Source: a virus
Taxonomy: Duplodnaviria > Caudoviricetes
Virus record (IMG/VR): IMGVR_UViG_3300007959_000032
Location: 1-46,066 of that record
Length of the DNA stretch: 46,066 nt
Strand: one strand, 5' to 3'
The translations under genes and the position numbers were made by a program. Positions 1 through 7,885 of this stretch are shown here, one piece after another. The notes under the pieces are model-generated. The model ran no database searches. It was not told the origin of the DNA and saw only the letters and a program-made list of their open reading frames with translations. The first letter of the stretch is position 1. The number at the start of each line of letters is the position of its first letter.

Positions 1-123
1 CTGCGAGGTGGCCGCGAAGCACGGATATGGGCCAGTCCAGACCCGCGCGCTGCTCGTGCTGGCGTACCGCGAAAGCTCGTGGGAGCCGACGCAGAAGACG
101 GGGAGCTGTTGGGGGCTGTTTCA
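1..123. repeat. Direct terminal repeat, left copy (circular assembly overlap)
   Basis: 1-123 is identical to 45944-46066 and lies inside a reading frame that continues across the junction. Confidence 0.95.
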
Positions 124-262
124 GCTCTCTCGCTCCATGTGCCGAGGCCATCACTGGGGACGTGTGCGGTGGAACACCGACCGCGCCATCACGTACATCA
201 GGCATCGGTACGGCACGCCCCGCAAAGCCCTGGCACACAGCCTCCGGTACAACTTCTACTGA
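1..262 (+). CDS. 3' part of secreted lytic transglycosylase (SLT/aggregation-promoting-factor-like); gene starts at 45825
   Basis: RESSW (catalytic Glu), GLFQ and YIRHRYGTP..A..H...FY motifs; frame joins the ATG at 45825 to give 126 aa. Confidence 0.75.
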   Translation, partial: CEVAAKHGYGPVQTRALLVLAYRESSWEPTQKTGSCWGLFQLSRSMCRGHHWGRVRWNTDRAITYIRHRYGTPRKALAHSLRYNFY

Positions 263-280
263 CATCGAAAGGAGCGTGGC

Positions 281-583
281 ATGAGCGACTACACAGCAGA
301 GGACGCGCTGAAGGACGTTGAGATGTTCGTCGGCAAAGGCGTGGCAGGTACGCGCCTCACCGCCTTCATCACCCGCATCACCGCCGAGAACGCCGAGCGC
401 GAGGCCGTCCAACTCGCTTTCCGCAACGCCGCTAGACAGCTCGGAAACGAGCGTGGAGGTACGGCTATCGCCTACATGACCGCGCTGCTGAGTGAAACGG
501 GCATGGACGACCACGCGGCCTATGAGCTGGCGTGTGCAATCGACACCACCGCCCGTCCGTATGTAGAGAGGAGCGAGGGATGA
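281..583 (+). CDS. Hypothetical phage protein
   Basis: AAGGAG RBS, ATG, 100 aa, ATGA overlap with the next gene. Confidence 0.7.
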   Translation: MSDYTAEDALKDVEMFVGKGVAGTRLTAFITRITAENAEREAVQLAFRNAARQLGNERGGTAIAYMTALLSETGMDDHAAYELACAIDTTARPYVERSEG

Positions 584-1563
584 GCTGGCACCAGCACCCA
601 CACCGTCGCACGCCCGACATTCAGTACAGCCGCTCGTATCCGACCATGCCTGACACCCCCGACTCAGTAGCAGAGGCGCGCATTCCGCAAGGCGTCGTGC
701 AGCTTGCGGAGGAAGGCATCAGTTGGTGCCGAGCGCAGAATCACGCCTACGGCGATTGTGTCGGATGCGAGCACCGAAATGTGTGCCGCAAGCGTGAACA
801 GCTCGCCAACCTCACCCGCGCCCTCTCGTCCCCCACTCCCGAGCCGACACGCAATAAGTACGAGTTCTGCCGAGTATGCGGGTCTAGCAAGCGCAGCCTT
901 CGGTTCAACATCGGACCCCTCGGAACGGAAATACTCTGTCCGAGTACATGGCATGGTGTGACTCCCGAGCCGACTGACGCTTGCCCGTACAGCGCGTGCG
1001 TTGGGAAGGCGTGCAGCGTCACTCCGCACCCCGATACCTGCAAGCGCACCCCCACTCCCGCCCCTGAGCCTGAGTACGTCGCCACATTCCCGAATAGCTT
1101 TGCAGAACCGAGCATCGTCCCCGCTCTTGAGCCTGATGTGGAGGCGGCGCTAGACGTGCTGTCTGTGCTGACCGACCAGCCGTGGCAGCTCACCCACGAG
1201 TCGCTGAAGCACTCGAAGCCAGCTCTCGCCACCCTCCGCAGCGCACTCGAAGCCAAGGACGGGCGCATCGAGGAGCAGCAACAGGAAATCGTGAAGCTGC
1301 ACGGCTGGCTCGACACGATGGCGCAAGACAAGCCTATACCGCTCCCAGCCGAGATTCGTCAGCTCCACGCCAAGCTCACCCTCGTATCCGAGCAGAGAGA
1401 CAGGCTGCGGGAGGCGGGGAAGGCGATGACAGTCGCCAATGCCAAGTTCACGACGATGCGCGACGAATGTGGAGACGCGCCTGCCCGCGAGTGCTGCTGC
1501 TCATGCGATGCGTTCTTCATGGCGCACGACGAACTCAAAGCCGCTATCGAGGAGGCACAGTGA
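580..1563 (+). CDS. Modular Cys-rich hypothetical protein with TPEPT linkers and C-terminal coiled coil
   Basis: ATG at 580 overlaps the upstream stop; several CxxC blocks separated by PTPEPT-like linkers. Confidence 0.65.
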   Translation: MSWHQHPHRRTPDIQYSRSYPTMPDTPDSVAEARIPQGVVQLAEEGISWCRAQNHAYGDCVGCEHRNVCRKREQLANLTRALSSPTPEPTRNKYEFCRVCGSSKRSLRFNIGPLGTEILCPSTWHGVTPEPTDACPYSACVGKACSVTPHPDTCKRTPTPAPEPEYVATFPNSFAEPSIVPALEPDVEAALDVLSVLTDQPWQLTHESLKHSKPALATLRSALEAKDGRIEEQQQEIVKLHGWLDTMAQDKPIPLPAEIRQLHAKLTLVSEQRDRLREAGKAMTVANAKFTTMRDECGDAPARECCCSCDAFFMAHDELKAAIEEAQ

Positions 1564-1760
1564 CCTGCCAAGCCTGCGACGAACTCGACACCCGCATCCT
1601 GAGCCAAGGACTCGACGTCGGCGAGGAGTTGCCCACCGTCTGGATAGACACCGGCACACAGCGCGTCGGCATCCAGGTGCTCGCGTGTGAGCATCACGCC
1701 GCCATGTTGCAGAAGCTCGTGGACCTCGGACTCAGAGTTACGGAAGGGAGAAGGCCGTGA
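1560..1760 (+). CDS. Small hypothetical protein (CxxC...CxxH)
   Basis: GGAGG RBS and GTGA overlap; MTCQACDEL... Confidence 0.6.
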   Translation: MTCQACDELDTRILSQGLDVGEELPTVWIDTGTQRVGIQVLACEHHAAMLQKLVDLGLRVTEGRRP

Positions 1761-1987
1761 GTCGCATCAATCTGTTGCTAGTGGCCATGAGTAGTGGAGT
1801 GAACCCACTGAGACTCAAAGAGGAACTCAAGCACGCTCCTCGCGATGGGTCTCCTCTGGTCGTCCCATGTCGCGACCCAAGAGGGGTCCAACTTCTCACC
1901 ATCGACTCGGCCGTCCTCGTCGCGGAACAGACCAGCGACACCGAGGCCATCATCCGTATCGACCTCGTGGCGAAGGAGGACTCGTGA
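1757..1987 (+). CDS. Hypothetical protein
   Basis: GTGA overlaps at both ends; 76 aa. Confidence 0.6.
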   Translation: MSRINLLLVAMSSGVNPLRLKEELKHAPRDGSPLVVPCRDPRGVQLLTIDSAVLVAEQTSDTEAIIRIDLVAKEDS

Positions 1988-3069
1988 TTCCGCTTCTCGA
2001 TCTGCGTTCTCAATATCTCGACCTCATGGAAGACCTCAACGATGCCGTGCTCACCACGATGGCGAACGCGAGCTTCATCGGCGGCGAGGCGGTCACACGC
2101 TTCGAGGCCGAACTCGCCGCCTACCTCAACGTCAAGCACGTCATCACCTGCAACAGCGGCACCGACGCCCTCGTGTTGGCACTCAAGGCGAAGGGGATAG
2201 GTTTCGGCGATGAGGTCATCACCACGCCCTACACCTTCTTCGCCACCGCAGAGGCTATCGTGACCGTCGGCGCCGAACCCGTCTTCGTCGACATAGACCC
2301 CGAGACCTACAACCTCGACACGCGACAGGTCCAAGACGCCATCACCGAGTACACAAGAGCCATCATCCCGGTTCATCTCTTCGGGCGCACCTGCCCCATG
2401 CCCCATCTCCGTTACATCGCCGACACGCACGACCTGTTCCTCTTGGAGGACGCATGTCAGGCCATCGGCGCGAGAGGTGTCGGACTGGGAGACGCCGCTG
2501 CGTACTCGTTCTTCCCCTCCAAGAACCTCGGGTGCGCCGGCGACGGCGGTGCTCTCACGACTGACGACGACGACTTGGCTGCCCTTGCGCGTTCCCTCGC
2601 GCATCATGGGATCGGCGACTACAAGTACCTCCACCACCGTTTCGGGATGAACTCCAGACTCGACGCGATGCAGGCCGCCATCCTCTCGGTCAAGCTCCCC
2701 CATCTCGACAGGTGGAACGGACTGAGGCAGGCAGCGGCCGCAATCTACGACGACCTGTTGCGCGACACACCCCTCACGCTTCCGCAGGGCGGCTATGACG
2801 GCTCACACGTGTACCACCTATACATCGTGAGGCATGACCACGCAGCGGAGCTTACAGCGGCTCTCAGAGGCTCAGGGATAGGTACGGGCATCTACTACCC
2901 TCGGCCACTCCACCGCCAGAAGGCGTTTTTGGGCTACTGGCCTGAGATTCCGTGTCTGCCCGTGTCCGAGAACACTGCGTCCACGACCTTCGCGCTCCCA
3001 TGCTATCCCGGCATCACCGTGGAGCAGCAGCAGGAGGTCGTCGACGTGCTGAAGGGAGAGTTCCGATGA
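1984..3069 (+). CDS. DegT/DnrJ/EryC1/StrS PLP-dependent nucleotide-sugar aminotransferase (WbpE/WlbC-like)
   Basis: IPLLDL start after GGAGGA RBS; NSGTDAL, GDEVITTPYTFFAT, PVHLFG, EDACQA, SFFPSKNLG (PLP Lys), NSRLD, YHLY, GIYYP. Confidence 0.93.
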   Translation: MIPLLDLRSQYLDLMEDLNDAVLTTMANASFIGGEAVTRFEAELAAYLNVKHVITCNSGTDALVLALKAKGIGFGDEVITTPYTFFATAEAIVTVGAEPVFVDIDPETYNLDTRQVQDAITEYTRAIIPVHLFGRTCPMPHLRYIADTHDLFLLEDACQAIGARGVGLGDAAAYSFFPSKNLGCAGDGGALTTDDDDLAALARSLAHHGIGDYKYLHHRFGMNSRLDAMQAAILSVKLPHLDRWNGLRQAAAAIYDDLLRDTPLTLPQGGYDGSHVYHLYIVRHDHAAELTAALRGSGIGTGIYYPRPLHRQKAFLGYWPEIPCLPVSENTASTTFALPCYPGITVEQQQEVVDVLKGEFR

Positions 3070-3227
3070 GGTTCGTCAGGATATGGCCGTTCCTGTGGAT
3101 GCCTACGGTCGGGTTCTTTCTAGGCAGGCTTTCTGGGTACTCCGATGTCGGCGTCCTCAACGTCATACTACTCGGCTTCGCGTTTGCGCTCGGTACGTGT
3201 TTCGAAGACAAGGGAGACAACCGATGA
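3066..3227 (+). CDS. Small membrane protein
   Basis: ATGA overlap; two hydrophobic stretches in MRFVRIWPFLW... Confidence 0.55.
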   Translation: MRFVRIWPFLWMPTVGFFLGRLSGYSDVGVLNVILLGFAFALGTCFEDKGDNR

Positions 3228-3334
3228 GGTTCGCACTCGCCATCATCCTCGCCGTGTGCATCATGCCGCCCTATCCGTGGGGACGCGTCGGACACGGCCA
3301 CCACTACCACCACTACACGAGGGAGGCATCGTGA
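3224..3334 (+). CDS. Small peptide with hydrophobic N-terminus and His-rich tail
   Basis: AGGGAG RBS and coupled overlaps; MRFALAIILAVC...HGHHYHHY. Confidence 0.45.
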   Translation: MRFALAIILAVCIMPPYPWGRVGHGHHYHHYTREAS

Positions 3335-3663
3335 GCATCAGAGGCATCATCGAAGACGACGGGGTCGCAACTCCGTTGGACGTGAGGCTGTTCGATAAGG
3401 GCGCGACGGCAGAGGTGGCCGACGCCTACGGCCACTACATCACACAAGACATGACGCCCGAGTTCGCCACCTTCATCGCCATCTTCGACCCCGAGCACGT
3501 CGCGCTCATGGAGGCGGTCGTGGAGGCGGTCGAGCATGACGGGAAGTGCGGCGTTTGCGGCAGGAGCGAACTGTTCTCGCAGGGGTGGATGCAGCCCATC
3601 AAGCACAACGACGGCTGCGCTGTCGCCGCCCTTGCCGCCTACCGCGAGGAGCGTGGGCTATGA
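3331..3663 (+). CDS. Hypothetical protein, Ead/Ea22-like segment plus CxxC...HxxxC Zn motif
   Basis: GGAGG RBS; FATFIAIFDPEHV, CGVCG, HNDGC. Confidence 0.6.
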   Translation: MSIRGIIEDDGVATPLDVRLFDKGATAEVADAYGHYITQDMTPEFATFIAIFDPEHVALMEAVVEAVEHDGKCGVCGRSELFSQGWMQPIKHNDGCAVAALAAYREERGL

Positions 3664-3863
3664 CCGGCAAGCAGCCCTGGACGCTCATCAACCCCCGAGG
3701 CCACGAGTACAACGTCTGGACGACCACGGGGCTGAAGAGCCCCATCGTCATCCGCAAGTCGTTCAAGATCGTCATACCCACCGACTTCGACATGGACAGG
3801 CTCATCGCGCAGGGCTGGAGCTTCGGCGCGACCTACGTTGACCGACAGTCAGGTTCCGACTAG
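3660..3863 (+). CDS. Hypothetical protein
   Basis: ATGA overlap, GAGGAG RBS; MTGKQPWTLINPRG... Confidence 0.6.
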   Translation: MTGKQPWTLINPRGHEYNVWTTTGLKSPIVIRKSFKIVIPTDFDMDRLIAQGWSFGATYVDRQSGSD

Positions 3864-3873
3864 CATTCGGTGT

Positions 3874-4013
3874 GGTGGGAAGCCCACCTCTGCGCGGAAG
3901 GCCCCCTCTTCCCCCTAGCCGCGCAGGACCCCCGGTCTCGGGCCGTGGCAGCAGTGCGTCCCCTCAACGCGCAGCGCCAGCTCTCAAGGCAGCGGTCCGA
4001 GACAGAGGGCGTC
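3874..4013 (+). ncRNA. Candidate structured RNA or leader (family unknown)
   Basis: Stems GGTGGG/CCCACC, CTGCGCGG/CCGCGCAG and GTCTCGGGCCG/CGGTCCGAGAC, the last enclosing TGGC/GCCA and GCGT/ACGC. Confidence 0.4.
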
Positions 4014-4043
4014 AGGTTCCAAGCGTAAGAGAGGCAGGGGAAC

Positions 4044-4175
4044 ATGAGACTTCTGGGCGTGGACTGGGACGAAGAAGAGGGCACGATCACCGTTACGCTT
4101 GCAGGGGACGAAGAGGACGCCGAGGCCCTGGACGACATGGCCGGCAACAGGGTGGCGGTCAGTTCTGACGAGTAG
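4044..4175 (+). CDS. 43-aa very acidic protein
   Basis: GAGAGG/AGGGG RBS; MRLLGVDWDEEEGTITVTLAGDEEDAEALDDMAGNRVAVSSDE; last gene before the convergent hairpin. Confidence 0.55.
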   Translation: MRLLGVDWDEEEGTITVTLAGDEEDAEALDDMAGNRVAVSSDE

Positions 4176-4195
4176 GGACGCGACACAGCACGAGC

Positions 4196-4230
4196 AGAGG
4201 ACCCGCCACATCTGACGGGTCCTCTCTGTT
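4196..4230. terminator. Hairpin between convergent transcription units
   Basis: AGAGGACCCG-N10-CGGGTCCTCT followed by CTGTT. Confidence 0.6.
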
Positions 4231-4262
4231 GGCACTCTCTATGAGGTTACTTCTTCACCATC

Positions 4263-4514
4263 CTACCCCCTTCCGGTGACAAGTTCGTATCTCTGCCAGC
4301 TCCCCCCGTCATACACGAGCACCTGACTCCTGTCCTCATCCACCTCCACAGCGGAGCCAGCGAGGAGCTGCCACTCGTCCATCATGTACGGGCTCACGAT
4401 GTCTGAGAGACGCTCACACGCGAGAGCTTCGGCCGCTTCGGGAGAGTCCGATGCGAGAATGACCCTGGCCGTGGCCTTGTCCCCCGAGTGGTCGAATGTG
4501 ACCTCGTAGACCAT
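4263..4514 (-). CDS. Hypothetical early protein
   Basis: GAGGAG RBS; MVYEVTFDHSG..., acidic 83 aa. Confidence 0.65.
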   Translation of the reverse strand: MVYEVTFDHSGDKATARVILASDSPEAAEALACERLSDIVSPYMMDEWQLLAGSAVEVDEDRSQVLVYDGGSWQRYELVTGRG

Positions 4515-4593
4515 CCTTGCTCCTCTCGGTGTAGAACGCTCCTTAGCGGGTACTGGGGGAAGGAGGTTCCAGTACCCGCCGGGGAGGGTTCTG

Positions 4594-5127
4594 CTACCAC
4601 GACGCCCGATAGGTGTAGTACGTCGTATGCTCGCCGTCCTCATCCAGCACAGGCGCGAGCTGGTCGACGGTCTCGCGCAGGTCGTCCAAGTAATACTCGT
4701 CGTACGCGGTGGAGCCGAAGAAGAACCCAGCGGCCACAGGGAGAAGCGAAGCGGCGAACTGCGGGTTGAGGTTCACCACGCCGGGTTCCATGATGTCGGC
4801 CCACTTGCCGTTCTCCAGAGACTGCCCGTTGGCGATCTCCCCCGAACCTGTCTCCGTGCCATCCAGCACGCGCTGGCAGAGCGCAACCAGTTCGCGTAGC
4901 TGAGTCGTGCTCACGTCATAGCTCCCGCAATCGTCCTCGCCGTCCTGAACGTTTCGGACGAACCAGCCGTGGATTGCGTTGGCCTTGCGCCAGTACGCGA
5001 TGCGCTCGGTGACAGACTCCACGCGCTCAGCCTTGACACCCTTCGGGAACGCTATCGCTTCTATCTCGGTGCGGTCGCCATACATCCCGTAGTACGTGTC
5101 TTTCGTCAGGTACATATCAAGTCCCAT
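4594..5127 (-). CDS. Conserved phage hypothetical protein (MGLDMY...YWRKANAIHGWF family)
   Basis: Motifs MGLDMYL, YWRKANAIH.WF, GFFFGS..YDE.Y and terminal YRASW, recognised from memory as a widespread phage family. Confidence 0.8.
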   Translation of the reverse strand: MGLDMYLTKDTYYGMYGDRTEIEAIAFPKGVKAERVESVTERIAYWRKANAIHGWFVRNVQDGEDDCGSYDVSTTQLRELVALCQRVLDGTETGSGEIANGQSLENGKWADIMEPGVVNLNPQFAASLLPVAAGFFFGSTAYDEYYLDDLRETVDQLAPVLDEDGEHTTYYTYRASW

Positions 5128-5198
5128 GTCCTCACTCCCTCTTCTCGTAGTGCCCTGCGATCCGCCCACTGCCTCCACAGTGAGCGGCGTGCGGGGTA

Positions 5199-5450
5199 CT
5201 AGCGCGATGCCGCCGAGTAGCCGTCCAGGTAGTGCGCTAGTGCGCGTTGCAGGTCGTACTCACTGACGCCGGACGCGATGTCCGAGTACAGCTCATAGGA
5301 CTCGCCACGCTCACAGACGCGCCACATGCGGCCGTACGTCTGCGAACCCTCTTCCAGGTGCCACACGCGACCAGGCGTGTTCGGTACGGTGCGCGCCAGT
5401 CGCTCCATCAATCCCTGCGTGTATCGCTTGTCAGCCCTCATCTTCCTCAT
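5199..5450 (-). CDS. Hypothetical early protein
   Basis: ATGA overlap with the upstream small gene; MRKMRADKRYTQ... Confidence 0.55.
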   Translation of the reverse strand: MRKMRADKRYTQGLMERLARTVPNTPGRVWHLEEGSQTYGRMWRVCERGESYELYSDIASGVSEYDLQRALAHYLDGYSAASR

Positions 5451-5599
5451 CCCTTCCGCTTGTAGTGTCCACACGCCTTAGACTTGGAGGTTCCATCCCA
5501 CACCAGCGGCCGGCCGTTGACCGACTCACGCCAGTGTGCGGGACAGGTGTAATGCCGCCCCTCCTTGCGTCGACGCTCGCAGGTGTCGCAGGGGTTCAC
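5447..5599 (-). CDS. Small Cys-rich protein
   Basis: GTGA/ATGA coupling at both ends; CDTC...C...C. Confidence 0.45.
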   Translation of the reverse strand: MNPCDTCERRRKEGRHYTCPAHWRESVNGRPLVWDGTSKSKACGHYKRKG

Positions 5600-5682
5600 G
5601 CCCGCCACAACCAAACGCGCTTGTCGACGAACAGAGAGAGCCACAGAGCCCACAGAAGCAACACACCTAGAGTGTCCCTCAT
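5596..5682 (-). CDS. Small membrane peptide
   Basis: AAGGGG RBS; MRDTLGVLLLWALWLSLFVDKRVWLWRA. Confidence 0.4.
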   Translation of the reverse strand: MRDTLGVLLLWALWLSLFVDKRVWLWRA

Positions 5683-5762
5683 CACTGCACCCCTTCCCAA
5701 AGGTGCGGCCAGTCGACCGCGCGTCGGGCGCTCACCGAAGCAAGCGCCCGCTACGCGAACGG

Positions 5763-6149
5763 CTAGGACTCGAATGCCCACACAGGCATAGCGTGCAGAG
5801 CGCAGTTGATGCTACCGATCAGCAGCCTACTCGGGGTCGGCGTGTCAGTCACGAGCAGCGAGTCGCAGTCAGCGAGTGCGCGCCCGATCAACTCCAACAC
5901 CCACACAGCCCATGCAGCACGGTCGGTAGACCAGTAGACCGCTACCGCAGCGGCGCACTTCATCAGGTCAGCCGACACACTCTCGACCAGTGTGCGGTTC
6001 TCCTCGTTGTCAGACTGGGTAGGAGTGTGTAGTGTCGCACCCTGCGCTGCCCGCAGGTCGTCGTGCATGATGGTGAGCAGCGCAGCAGCCGTACGGACGT
6101 CGGTAGTAGGGTCTGTGCTGGTGTAGCTCATCGTTCCCTCAGTGCTCAT
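5763..6149 (-). CDS. Hypothetical protein, first gene of the leftward operon
   Basis: Directly downstream of the consensus promoter; GGAAGG RBS; alternative start at 6131. Confidence 0.55.
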   Translation of the reverse strand: MSTEGTMSYTSTDPTTDVRTAAALLTIMHDDLRAAQGATLHTPTQSDNEENRTLVESVSADLMKCAAAVAVYWSTDRAAWAVWVLELIGRALADCDSLLVTDTPTPSRLLIGSINCALHAMPVWAFES

Positions 6150-6194
6150 CGTGATCGCCTTCCCGTGGGTGTGTAGCCCTCTGCTACAACACGC

Positions 6195-6223
6195 ATGATA
6201 GTCACTCATTCCCCGCGTGTCAA
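6195..6223 (-). promoter_or_regulatory. Sigma70/SigA-type early promoter (leftward)
   Basis: Minus strand TTGACA-N17-TATCAT. Confidence 0.8.
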
Positions 6224-6884
6224 CTCTCTAACACTCTCATGCGTTGTCATAGTGGAAATGGTACAGGTGTACCGATGGGTGAATCACGTGTGCACCCACA
6301 CCACACGCCAGTCGATCCACGCGCCGGCACACGATGGGAAGGACAGGGGAAGGGTGTACGTTCCGACTATGACGTTTGCTGATACGTCGCATAGGCTCAT
6401 GTGAATGTCTGATAATACATCTTATGTACAGCTACGACGTTTCCCCTGCTCCTGGCGTTGCGTGTCCCCCCCTCCCCATGCGTTTTGCATAGATGCGTGC
6501 TCTGTATGTGTGATTCAGGGCTCAGATCGTGCCGTGTGTGACCGGCAGGCCTCCCCCGCGACCCCGCGCGGGTCCCGTCAGACCGATACTGATTGCTACC
6601 CTCCTCCCTACTCGCACGTTTTCCCGAATCCGCAGGTCAGGTGTCGTGCGTCCACCGTCGCCATACCGCCTCAGAGCGCCCTTTCCCCCCTCATTTGCGT
6701 GTCTTGAGGCTCATCTCACCCTCGCCGAAGGCGTATGAGAGGTCTCCAGGTCCCCCGAAATCCGGTTCAGATGCCCCGAATCGGGGTCAGGAGTGCCGGA
6801 AATCACGGGGTTTTACTAGCGCAGGGTGGAGTCGTCCTGCGGAAACGTCTGGAATCGCCGAAAATCGTCTCTCAGACAGCCGTG

Positions 6885-6913
6885 GTGACGGATTTCGGGT
6901 TCGGGGTTAGACT
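6885..6913 (+). promoter_or_regulatory. Putative promoter of the structural operon
   Basis: GTGACG-N17-TAGACT, 40 bp upstream of ATG 6953. Confidence 0.5.
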
Positions 6914-6952
6914 TATGTGCAGTGAGACCCCGAGAGAGAAAGAGGCATCGAG

Positions 6953-7468
6953 ATGGCAGTCACAGCCACACTCAAGGAGGCGTACGGAGCGACCCCCACC
7001 GTCGCCACCGCCACCAATCTGAACTTCCTCGCCGCAGACGGTGCGAGCGGAGCCGACACCACCACCGAGCCTGCCGCACATCCCATCCCGATCCCCGGCA
7101 GCAACTACTGGTACTCCTACGAGCGGTGGTTCTACCTGCTGTTCGCGGGCAACTCCAACGCCATCACGAGCATCTACGTGTGGAAGTCGGCTGGCACGTT
7201 CAACACGGGCTATGCGCTGTACGCCAACGTCAAGACGCCGAACCCGACCACGTACGTCCAGTCGGCGGGCAACAGCGCAACGCAGTCGTCCTACGCGACG
7301 GGTGCCATCCCGACCTCGCAGGGGACGGGACTGACGCCGACCTACAACGCGAGCGGCACGAAGTCGGACTACGTCGTCTCGCAGATGCGCGTGGCCGCAG
7401 GCGCGACTCCGGGCGCGTGCGTGAGCGACACGCTGACCATCGCCTGGCAGTACAACACCACGGGCTAG
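6953..7468 (+). CDS. Thr/Ala/Ser-rich putative virion (tail/decoration) protein
   Basis: AAGAGG RBS, strong codon bias, beta-rich composition, heads the structural operon. Confidence 0.65.
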   Translation: MAVTATLKEAYGATPTVATATNLNFLAADGASGADTTTEPAAHPIPIPGSNYWYSYERWFYLLFAGNSNAITSIYVWKSAGTFNTGYALYANVKTPNPTTYVQSAGNSATQSSYATGAIPTSQGTGLTPTYNASGTKSDYVVSQMRVAAGATPGACVSDTLTIAWQYNTTG

Positions 7469-7507
7469 ACCCCATCGGCTCCGATACCACGGAGAGGCGG
7501 CAATACC

Positions 7508-7885
7508 ATGCCCCGATTCACCGCGACCTACGACGACGGCACGACCTTCGAGGGCGGGCTGACCGATGGGAGCTTCCATGCCATCGACCAGTCCCGCCTT
7601 CGCTCCTTCGCCATCGACCACGACGGCGCGCATTGTGCGCTCGACCTCAAGACGGGCTTCTTCTCCTGTCCTGACGGCTCCGTGCAGATGCCGCCGATCC
7701 CGCCAGCTCCGCGCCTCATCGCCTACGCCACCATGCGCGGCGCGACGGGACAGTCTGAGACGCTTCACGCCTACGTCGTCGGCTGGCAGGCCACCGTCCC
7801 CGTCGAAGGCCAGTGGCGCAACGTCAAGCTCGGCCTCCGCGTCATCCCCTCTGAGGGTCGCTGGACGATAGGGGATGACATCTGA
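7508..7885 (+). CDS. Hypothetical protein
   Basis: GGAGAGG RBS; 125 aa; TGATG overlap with the next gene. Confidence 0.7.
   Translation: MPRFTATYDDGTTFEGGLTDGSFHAIDQSRLRSFAIDHDGAHCALDLKTGFFSCPDGSVQMPPIPPAPRLIAYATMRGATGQSETLHAYVVGWQATVPVEGQWRNVKLGLRVIPSEGRWTIGDDI

Noticed and set aside
1-123. 123-bp terminal repeat as a biological terminal repeat or attachment site
   Set aside because: It falls in the middle of a coding sequence; most simply an assembler overlap of a circular or permuted genome.
4005-4030. GGTTC as a tRNA T-loop
   Set aside because: No cloverleaf, D-arm or acceptor stem can be built around it.
6195-7022. ORF-track ORFs in the divergent intergenic region
   Set aside because: No RBS, atypical composition, and they overlap the promoters; treated as non-coding.
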